Shown one piece after another: positions 19,889-26,493 of a stretch of DNA of 29,484 nt. Position numbers and translations under genes: made by a program. Position 1 is the first letter of the stretch, and each line of letters opens with the position of its first letter. Origin of the DNA: Clostridiales bacterium. GTDB taxonomy: Bacteria; Bacillota; Clostridia; Oscillospirales; Feifaniaceae. The notes beneath the pieces were generated by a model. It ran no database searches. It was not told where the DNA came from and was given only the letters and a program-made list of their open reading frames with translations. The stretch spans positions 1-29,484 of the forward strand of contig JAAYBB010000067.1 of NCBI GenBank assembly GCA_012719075.1, in the 5' to 3' direction.

Positions 19889-19918
19889 ATTATACCACAG
19901 CGCGCCGGGCGGGCGCAA
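19889..19918 (-). promoter_or_regulatory. Candidate dnaA promoter
   Basis: Minus strand reads TTGCGC (19918-13), an 18-nt spacer, then TGG-TATAAT (-10 at 19894-19889). The transcript would cross the extreme AT block at 19819-19876. Confidence 0.5.
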
Positions 19919-20043
19919 CGGCGGGAGAATAAATAAACCCTCAAAAGGGCTGAAAAAAGGGCGCTGCCGGCCCTTTTCTCCCCTTTCTGCAGGGGGACCA
20001 TGGAAGGGTCCTGCTGACCCGCGGGACTGCGGCCCTCCCCGGA

Positions 20044-20082
20044 CCGACAAAGCGGGGCGCCGTCCAATGGGCGGCGCCCCGC
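20044..20082 (-). terminator. Intrinsic terminator after the DUF2207 gene
   Basis: Minus-strand RNA has an 11-bp GC stem (GCGGGGCGCCG / CGGCGCCCCGC, 20082-20052) followed by UUUGUCGG. Confidence 0.65.
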
Positions 20083-20106
20083 AGGGCAAGGTCTGTCCGG
20101 TCAGGG

Positions 20107-21930
20107 TCAGCGGCCGCCGCGGCCGCCGCCGCCCGAAAATCCGCCGCCTCCGCCGCCCGAGAAGCCGCCGCCCCCGCCCGAGAAGGAGCTGCTGGTCTGC
20201 TGCGCGGCCTGTACGCCGCGGCGGCTGGCCTGCGACATGCGGCTGGCCGAGTAGATCATGCCGTAGGGCACAAACACCGGGCGGCCGGTGCCCGAGGCGG
20301 TGTGCGGCTGCTCAAAGTAGCCGGGATAGAGGTCCTTGAACTCCTTGGCCACCTGCTCGGCAATGCCGAACAGCACGGCAAAGACCAGATAGTCGTCCCA
20401 GAGGTCCACCTCGACGGCGCGGCGCTCGTTGATGATCGTGAAGTCCTTGAGGTACTTCCAAAAGCCGATGGTGTCCACGGCGCGGCCAAAGCCCTGCTCG
20501 GTGAAGACCTCGGGCGGGCTGAGCGGGATGAAGCCAAGCAGCGTGCGCGAGGGGCCCGGGGCGAGGTCGCCGGCCGCCCGCAGCGCGCGCCGTCCGGCCT
20601 CGGCGGCCGAGGTCTCCCAGCCGGTGATGCGGCTGTGGTTGCGCTGGCTCCAGCGCTGCAGCTCCTTTTCTTCGAGCACCCGGTTGCTGCCGGCGGCCGA
20701 GAGCAGCATGTTGTAGAGCTCCAGCTCCAGGGCCGGCAGGTCGGGCTGCCGGTCGGGGAAGAGGACGACCGAAGAGGAGTCCCGCCCGAACAGGCCCCGG
20801 CGCTCGCGCTCCTCCACCTGCAGGTGGCCCTGCATGGACCAGCGCAGCAGATAGCAGCCCAGCAGCGAGGTCTCGGAGGGCAGGCGCCCCACCTTTTTGA
20901 GCGTGTAGTAGGTCGCCAGCAGGTCGCCGCCAAAGGGCAGGTCCCGGCTGTAGTCGGCCTTGGACAGCGAGGGCAGCGACTGCCGCCCGCCGCCGTCGGT
21001 GGGCAGCGTCCGGGCGCTGCGCAGCAGCGAGGCGACGGCAAAGCCGGTGATGGCCACCACCAGGATGGGGAAGAGGCCGAAGGCGGCAAAGCGCCAGGGC
21101 GAGCGCGAGGGCGCGGGGTAGCTAGTGCCCGGATGCACGGGCGGCTTGGCGCCGCCGTAGTCGTCGTCGCGGTCGCCGTAGTCGCTGCCCTCAAGCGCGC
21201 GGTTGACCAAATCGTCCACCGAGCGGTCGTAGACCACGGCGGGCGAGAAGAGGTCGGGCACAAAGCGGCAGAGCACGATCATGCTGTCGCTGCTGCTAAA
21301 GGCGGCGGTGGTGCCGGCGAAAATGCGGCCGTCGGTCGTGAAGAACAGCTCGCTGACGCTGTTGCCAAAGCCCCAGATGTCGGCGTTGCCGTCCTCGAGC
21401 GGCACCCCCTCGTACCCGATCAGCACCGAGGCCTCGCGCAGCGGGTCCCCGGCCGAGATGAACATGTGGTTGAAGCCGGCGCCGTCCTGGTAGCCCTTGA
21501 CCAGGTTGCGCAGCGTGTAGCGGATGGTGTAGGTGTGGGTGCCGAACTCGACGCCCCAGCAGATCTCGTAGCCCTCGGAGGTCGTGGCAATGCCGCAGCG
21601 GAACTCCTTTTCGGCGCGCGAGGCGTTGACGTTCCACGCGTCCAGCGTCTCGTACTGGCGGCCCAGCTCGTCGTGCACCGTCAGGCTGTCGACCGAGGCG
21701 TCGGTCAGGTTGTACAGGGCAAAGCACCACTCGGTCACGTCCGAGACGTTCCGAAGGCTCCAGACCTCGGTGATCACGGCGTCGCCGTTTGACTGCAGAT
21801 CCACCGTGATCTGGATCGAATCGGTCTCGCCGGCGGCCAGCGCGGGCGTGAACAGCGCCAGTGCGAGCAGCAGCGCGAGCAGCGCCGCCGCCGGCCTTGC
21901 GAAGGCTCCGGACAGCGTTGTGCGTTTCAT
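20107..21930 (-). CDS. DUF2207-family membrane protein with a Gly-rich C-terminal tail
   Basis: 607 aa with a signal peptide, an extracellular N-domain, central TM helices and a C-terminal SSSFSGGGGGFSGGGGGGFSGGGGRGGR. It has the classic pairing with an upstream lemA. Confidence 0.8.
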   Translation of the reverse strand: MKRTTLSGAFARPAAALLALLLALALFTPALAAGETDSIQITVDLQSNGDAVITEVWSLRNVSDVTEWCFALYNLTDASVDSLTVHDELGRQYETLDAWNVNASRAEKEFRCGIATTSEGYEICWGVEFGTHTYTIRYTLRNLVKGYQDGAGFNHMFISAGDPLREASVLIGYEGVPLEDGNADIWGFGNSVSELFFTTDGRIFAGTTAAFSSSDSMIVLCRFVPDLFSPAVVYDRSVDDLVNRALEGSDYGDRDDDYGGAKPPVHPGTSYPAPSRSPWRFAAFGLFPILVVAITGFAVASLLRSARTLPTDGGGRQSLPSLSKADYSRDLPFGGDLLATYYTLKKVGRLPSETSLLGCYLLRWSMQGHLQVEERERRGLFGRDSSSVVLFPDRQPDLPALELELYNMLLSAAGSNRVLEEKELQRWSQRNHSRITGWETSAAEAGRRALRAAGDLAPGPSRTLLGFIPLSPPEVFTEQGFGRAVDTIGFWKYLKDFTIINERRAVEVDLWDDYLVFAVLFGIAEQVAKEFKDLYPGYFEQPHTASGTGRPVFVPYGMIYSASRMSQASRRGVQAAQQTSSSFSGGGGGFSGGGGGGFSGGGGRGGR

Positions 21931-21967
21931 GAGGCAGCGCTCCTTATGGGTTGGGTCCGGCAGGGGC

Positions 21968-22513
21968 TCAAAACGAGGGCATCTGGGTCTTGGGCGACTC
22001 GGTCTCGAGGTAGTCGCGCACGCGGAAGCCCAGCATGCCGGCGATCAGGCTGCCCGGGAACATGCGGACCGTGCGGTTGAGCTTGGTGACCGTGTCGTTG
22101 TAGACCATGCGGCTCTTGCGCACGTTGTCCTCGTACTTGTTCAGGCTGTCCATCGTGTTGAGGTAGAGCGTGTTGGCCTTGAGGTCGGGGTAGGCCTCGC
22201 CCACCGCCATCAGGTGGGTCAGGGTCTGCATCAGCGCATTCTCCTGCCCCTGCACGTCGGCGGGGGTGCTGGCGGCCGTGATGGGGCGGCGCATCGCGAT
22301 GACCTTTTGCAGCGTGTCGGCCTCGTGCGCGGAGTAGTTGCGCACCAGCTGGGCCAGGCCGGTCAGGGCATCCCAGCGGCTGTTCTGCTGTACGCCGATG
22401 GTGGAGAGCGCGTTGCCGCAGAGCTCATCCATCCCCACCAGCGTGCGCTGCAGCGAGATGGCCCAGAGCACGACGACCACAATGAGGCCCAGAAAAATCC
22501 AGAGAAACGGCAT
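21968..22513 (-). CDS. lemA: LemA family protein
   Basis: 181 aa from ATG 22513 with an AGGAGGGG RBS. An N-terminal TM helix is followed by ...NALSTIGVQQNSRWDAL...YPDLKAN...YNDTVTKLNRTVRMFPGSLIAGMLGF. Confidence 0.9.
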   Translation of the reverse strand: MPFLWIFLGLIVVVVLWAISLQRTLVGMDELCGNALSTIGVQQNSRWDALTGLAQLVRNYSAHEADTLQKVIAMRRPITAASTPADVQGQENALMQTLTHLMAVGEAYPDLKANTLYLNTMDSLNKYEDNVRKSRMVYNDTVTKLNRTVRMFPGSLIAGMLGFRVRDYLETESPKTQMPSF

Positions 22514-22974
22514 GGGTGGAACCCCTCCTTTTTTGATTGGCAGACGTTTATGGTTGAGGAACTTTTGTTGATGAACTTTTTTGGGCAGGATGGCTGTGGA
22601 CAAAAATGCCGCCCCCGCGGGCGGCCCCCCGGGTTGGGGGAAGGGAACAGCGCAGGTGTGGTGCGGGGAGGACGCGCGGGGCAGTGCGAAGGGCGCACAG
22701 GAAACAGCGCGCGGTGCCGTGTGTTGGGGAGGCGGGGGATGGCGCGGGCAGGACGCGGCGTACCGTGCAGAAGAAACGGAAGTGGGTACGGGTGTGGCAC
22801 AGGGGGCACAGCGGGTTGCCGAGACACTACAAAGTGCAATTTTTAAACGAGAGATTACAAACTGTTGTTGGCTTTGGCCCGCGGCAGACGGCGCCCCGCA
22901 GGGCGCCTGGGCCGGCGGCGGCCGGTCGTGAGAGCCAAAACCCTCCTGGCGCAGCAGGGCCGCCCACACCTTGT

Positions 22975-23003
22975 AGTATACCACAAAAGCGGAGAATTGT
23001 ATA
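22975..23003 (-). promoter_or_regulatory. Candidate promoter far upstream of lemA
   Basis: Minus strand reads TATACA (23003-22998), a 17-nt spacer, then TGG-TATACT (-10 at 22980-22975). It would give a leader of about 455 nt. Confidence 0.4.
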
Positions 23004-23020
23004 GGGAAAAAACAAGGGGG

Positions 23021-23111
23021 CGGCAGGCCGCAGGGCGGCAGGCAGTGGGAGGGCAGGCGCAGAGCGGCAGGCAGTGGGAGCGGCAGGCCGCAGGGCGGCA
23101 GGCAGCGGGAT
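23021..23111. repeat. Tandem repeat (31+29+31 nt) containing six GGCAGGC heptamers at about 15-bp spacing
   Basis: GGCAGGC starts at 23022, 23037, 23052, 23066, 23082 and 23097. The outer 31-mers differ at 2 positions. Confidence 0.9.
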
Positions 23112-23253
23112 GGCCAGCAGCAGCGGCGCCCCGACCAGCGGCCGGGGCGCCTGTGTTGATCGGGCAGGTTGACTGGACCGCGCAGGTGCTGTCTGCACGG
23201 TGGGGCATCGCCGCGGCACAGCGCACGGCAACAGGCGGCACAACGCAAACGCC

Positions 23254-23628
23254 TCAACGCTGCGCAAACCACTTCAAAAGCCAGAGCACAATCAGGATCG
23301 CGCCGAACAGGCCGCGCAGCCCATAGTAACGCCAGTAGTCCCTGCGGGCCAGCGCATACTCGTCTTGCAGCATGCGCAGGCCAAGCGGCGTCAAATGCCC
23401 CACCCGGAAGGTGTCGCCCTCTGCCGAAAACGCGCTGAGAAACCCCTCGTGCTTGCACTGATATAAAGCTCGTCGCAGCGCATCGGGCGAGTGGCGCGAC
23501 GGCGCGGACAGGCGCTCCGTCAGCTCGGGCCAACGGATCGGCTGCGTGCGGTCTTCGGGCCAATCCCTGAACGTCAGCAGCAGGGAGTAAATCAGCCGTC
23601 TCGCCTGATCGTCTGACAATGATTCCAT
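23254..23628 (-). CDS. Hypothetical small protein: winged-helix-like N-domain plus a C-terminal TM anchor
   Basis: About 124 aa from ATG 23628 (RBS GGAAGG; the ORF track starts at GTG 23634). The helix-turn-helix-plus-wing pattern ...IRWPELTERL...SPDALRRALYQCKHEGFLSAFSAEGDTFRVGHLTPLG is my reading. The C-terminal hydrophobic stretch is GLFGAILIVLWLLKWF. It starts 13 nt after the TolC-like stop. Confidence 0.5.
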   Translation of the reverse strand: MESLSDDQARRLIYSLLLTFRDWPEDRTQPIRWPELTERLSAPSRHSPDALRRALYQCKHEGFLSAFSAEGDTFRVGHLTPLGLRMLQDEYALARRDYWRYYGLRGLFGAILIVLWLLKWFAQR

Positions 23629-23641
23629 CTCCACGCCTTCC

Positions 23642-24751
23642 CTATTCGAGCGGCAGGCCCTTCAGCGCCCACTTGTACAGCTCGATGTTCCAAAACAGCG
23701 CCCACTCGGCCTGCTGCAGGGCGTCCTGCTCCAGCCGCAGGGCCTCCCTGGCCTGTTCGAGCGCCAGCTCGCTGAGCAGCCCGGCCGCAAAGGCGGTCTC
23801 GGCGCTGTCGGCATTTAGCCCGGCCAGCGCCAGGTGGGCGCGCCGGTTCTCGCACGCGGCCTGCAGGTTGCCGATTTCGTGGTACTGCTGCTCAAAGCGC
23901 GCGCGGGCCCGGTTGGTCTCGATCTGCAGCTCGGCCTCCTTGATCTGCCGCTCCCGCACCGTGGCGTCGTAGTCGTCGTCCCCAATGCCGGCCAGCGCCC
24001 GCTCAAGCGCGCGCAGCTGGAAGCTGGCCTTCTGCATGGCCCCAAGGTCGGCCGCGAGGTCGATGGCCCCGTAGTAGACCAGGTCGGGGGCCGGCAGCGG
24101 CGCCGTCTCCAGCGCCCGGTCGTAGTCGCGGCCCAGCAGCATGTTCAGGTGGTAAATCAGGCTGCGCACCGACAGCGCCTGCGCGCTGATCTGGGCGTCG
24201 TGGTCGGCCAGCGCCGCGCGGGCCTCCAGCAGCGCCGCCTCGGTGCCCATGCCGGCCGCCTGGGCGGTCTCGGCCTTCAGGACCGCCTGCTCCAGCAGCG
24301 GGCGGGCGCGCCGCAGCGTCTCCAGCCCGCTCTGCGCCCGGATCAGGCCGTAGTAGAGCTGCTCGCCGCTCTGCAAAATGGCCTGGTTGGCCAGCTCGAT
24401 CTGCAGCGCATAGAGGTCGGCCTGCACCGGCGTGGGCGACATGGCCATGACCTGCGCCTGGATCTGCTGCATCAGCACGGCGCTGGCCGGGCTGCCGTCC
24501 TTGAAGGCGGCCGAGGAGGCGGCCAGCTCGGCCTGCCGGTCTTCGAGCTTGTCGTTGCTGCTCAGGTTGAGCAGCTCGAGCCGGTTCTTGCGGATGTGCG
24601 GCGAGTGTTCGAGCAGCAGCTCGGCCACCTGCTCGAAGCGCAGCGGCTCGGCGGCCGGCGCCTCGGCCGCCAGCGCGGCCGTCGGCAGTGCCGCGCACAG
24701 CAGCAGGACGGCCAGCGCCCCTGCGGTGAGGCGGGATTGAAAACGCAGCAT
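23642..24751 (-). CDS. TolC-like outer-membrane-efflux-protein (OEP) family homolog with a signal peptide
   Basis: 369 aa from ATG 24751 with a GGAGG RBS. The signal peptide is MLRFQSRLTAGALAVLLLCAALPTAALAAEA. Two OEP-like helical repeats are present, for example AGMGTEAALLEARAALADHDAQISAQALSVRSLIYHLNMLLG and FAAGLLSELALEQAREALRLEQDALQQAEWAL. Confidence 0.6.
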   Translation of the reverse strand: MLRFQSRLTAGALAVLLLCAALPTAALAAEAPAAEPLRFEQVAELLLEHSPHIRKNRLELLNLSSNDKLEDRQAELAASSAAFKDGSPASAVLMQQIQAQVMAMSPTPVQADLYALQIELANQAILQSGEQLYYGLIRAQSGLETLRRARPLLEQAVLKAETAQAAGMGTEAALLEARAALADHDAQISAQALSVRSLIYHLNMLLGRDYDRALETAPLPAPDLVYYGAIDLAADLGAMQKASFQLRALERALAGIGDDDYDATVRERQIKEAELQIETNRARARFEQQYHEIGNLQAACENRRAHLALAGLNADSAETAFAAGLLSELALEQAREALRLEQDALQQAEWALFWNIELYKWALKGLPLE

Positions 24752-24785
24752 TTTTGAACCTCCGGTTCCCTTTTCAGGTAAGCTA

Positions 24786-24804
24786 TGGTATAATGGCGCC
24801 ATTA
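24786..24804 (+). promoter_or_regulatory. Extended -10 promoter (TGGTATAAT) overlapped by a perfect 14-bp palindrome
   Basis: TGG-TATAAT lies at 24786-24794, facing the hydrolase gene. The palindrome TAATGGCGCCATTA lies at 24791-24804, in the divergent region between the TolC-like operon and the hydrolase. Confidence 0.5.
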
Positions 24805-24859
24805 CAAAAACAAATGTCCGCACTTTGCGGGCAGTTGCATCAAGAGAGGATGTGCAAAT

Positions 24860-25702
24860 GTGGGTAGACTAGACCCCAAACAGATGTACAGGGACCCCGA
24901 ACAGGTGGAGCCGGGCTTTGAGCCCATCATGCACTCGATCCACTACCCCTCCGGCAAGGACAAGGTCCACGGCCTGCTGATGATGGCCGGCGGCCGCGGG
25001 GAGCGCCCGCTGCTGCTGTTGCTGCACGGCTTTCCCGGCACCGAGCGCAACCTCGACGTGGCGCAGGCGCTGCGCATGGCCGGCTGTCACGTGGCCTTCT
25101 TCCACTACCGCGGGGCCTGGGGCAGCCCGGGCGAGTTCAGCTTTGCCCACGTGTTGGAGGACCCCCACAACGTGCTCGACTACCTGCTCTCGCCCGAGGT
25201 GGCGCAGCAGTACCGCATCGACCGCAGCAACGTCTTTGTGGCGGGGCACAGCATGGGTGGCTTTGCGGCGCTGCACACCGGCGCAACGCGCAGCGACCTC
25301 AAGGGCTGCTGCGGCATCGCGCCCTACGACTTCGGCAAGGGCCACCTGATCGCGCAGCGCTCCCCCGAGGCGGCCGAGGTCTACAACATGGTCATGGGGC
25401 AGCCGCTGTCCGAGCTTCGGACGAGGAGCGACGGCGCGCTGCTCGAGGAGATGGCCGCCCACGCGCAGGACTACGCGCTGGAGGGCCTGGCCGACGGGCT
25501 GGCCGGCAAGAACATTCTGCTGTTCGGCTTCGACCAGGACGACGCCTCGGTGCCGGACCTGCACGTCGAGCCGCTGGTCGAGCTCTACGGGGCGCGGTCA
25601 AGCGTCCGCTACGAGCGCTACGACACCGACCACTCCTACAACAGCAAGCGCATCGCCGTGGCCACCGCGCTGTGCGACTGGATGGCCGGCCTCGAGGACT
25701 GA
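24860..25702 (+). CDS. Alpha/beta-fold hydrolase
   Basis: 280 aa with the oxyanion region LLLLHGFPG and the nucleophile elbow GHSMGG. GTG start with RBS AGAGAGGA. Confidence 0.8.
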   Translation: MGRLDPKQMYRDPEQVEPGFEPIMHSIHYPSGKDKVHGLLMMAGGRGERPLLLLLHGFPGTERNLDVAQALRMAGCHVAFFHYRGAWGSPGEFSFAHVLEDPHNVLDYLLSPEVAQQYRIDRSNVFVAGHSMGGFAALHTGATRSDLKGCCGIAPYDFGKGHLIAQRSPEAAEVYNMVMGQPLSELRTRSDGALLEEMAAHAQDYALEGLADGLAGKNILLFGFDQDDASVPDLHVEPLVELYGARSSVRYERYDTDHSYNSKRIAVATALCDWMAGLED

Positions 25703-25769
25703 GCGCCTCAAGGAAAAGTATAGCGGCGGGCGGGAGGCCCTGTCAAGCCGGCCCGGGGACAGGCTGGCT

Positions 25770-25864
25770 GGGCCTGTGTACAGACCTGTGAAGGACACAC
25801 CATCGACCAGTGTCAGGGTCGCCTCGTCCCGCCGGGCCTGTGTACAGGTCTGTGGAGGACACAC
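25770..25864. repeat. Direct repeat pair A (31 nt, 28/31 identical, 64-nt offset)
   Basis: GGGCCTGTGTACAGACCTGTGAAGGACACAC at 25770-25800 and GGGCCTGTGTACAGGTCTGTGGAGGACACAC at 25834-25864. Each has an ACAG-NN-CTGT core. Confidence 0.9.
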
Positions 25865-25902
25865 GGCCGTGCTGCGGCCGCCTTGCGGGTGGCGGCAAGC
25901 CC

Positions 25903-25990
25903 GCCCTGCCCGCGCGAGAGACCGCACTTCGGTGAGACAGTATCAGAAGTACAAACTGGCAGCCTGCCCTGCCCGCGCGCGAGACCGTGC
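25903..25990. repeat. Direct repeat pair B (25 nt, 23/25 identical, 63-nt offset)
   Basis: GCCCTGCCCGCGCGAGAGACCGCAC at 25903-25927 and GCCCTGCCCGCGCGCGAGACCGTGC at 25966-25990. Confidence 0.9.
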
Positions 25991-26162
25991 GGCGCAAGAG
26001 GCGCACAGGCCATTGTGGGCGCGTCGGCCATACGCTCCGCCCGCGGGGCGACTCGACGTGTGGGGAGCGCCCCACGCTTCCCCATAAGCCTACCGCGCCG
26101 GCGCAGAAGATGCAACCAGAATATTTTACATAAGACGAGATATTAAGACGCTCGTTTGTTTG

Positions 26163-26431
26163 GCAAGGCCCGCCCCCGGCTGGGGGCGGGCCTTGCGGAG
26201 ACGGTCAAAAAACCGGTGGTTTTTTGACAAGAGGGCCTGTGCGCTCGCGCCTTCGTTCCTCGCCCCTTTGGGGCTCGAAACGCGCAGGCCCGTTTAGGAG
26301 TAGGAACGTCGGCACATGTCCGCCGTTCCTACGGATTTGATGTCGGGGCTGTTTCTGCCAGCCGCCTTGCATAAGACCGCCTTTTTTGACAGGCTGGGCA
26401 AGGCCCGCCCCCAACCGGGGGCGGGCCTTGC
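26163..26431. repeat. Inverted pair of 50-nt modules (34-nt GC hairpin + 7 nt + GTCAAAAAA) flanking about 170 bp
   Basis: Left module is 26163-26212; right module is the reverse complement of 26382-26431. The hairpin stems are 15 bp (GCAAGGCCCGCCCCC / GGGGGCGGGCCTTGC). In inverted alignment the hairpins differ at 1 loop base and the 9-mers are identical. Confidence 0.85.
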
Positions 26432-26443
26432 GTTTGCCAAAAA

Positions 26444-26472
26444 AGCGGCGCTTTTTTAACGCCGCTTTTTTT
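26444..26472 (+). terminator. Orphan intrinsic terminator (plus strand) in the hydrolase-clpC spacer
   Basis: AGCGGCG (26444-50) pairs with CGCCGCT (26460-66) and is followed by a T-run to 26472. An A-run precedes it, so it could act bidirectionally. No annotated gene ends here. Confidence 0.6.
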
Positions 26473-26493
26473 ATGATGAAAATCACTTGGTCC

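Noticed and set aside
19767-19905. DnaA boxes upstream of dnaA: CACCCCACA at 19772-19780 and TATACCACA at 19891-19899.
   Set aside because: Both have 3-4 mismatches to TTATCCACA, and the second is simply the extended -10 (TGTGGTATAAT) of the candidate promoter.
22514-23563. N-terminal extension of the lemA ORF to 531 aa (21968-23563, minus strand).
   Set aside because: The upstream 350 residues are Pro/Ala/Arg/Cys-rich and read through a tandem DNA repeat. They also overlap the convincing small gene at 23254-23628 in another frame. A strong RBS precedes Met at 22513, which yields a normal-sized 181-aa LemA.
26203-26392. CtsR operator upstream of clpC, suggested by GGTCAAA-containing sequences at 26203-26209 and inverted TTTGAC copies.
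   Set aside because: The CtsR box is a tandem direct heptad (GGTCAAA-NAN-GGTCAAA). Here the heptads occur singly or inverted, 600-800 nt from clpC, and no ctsR gene is present in the window.
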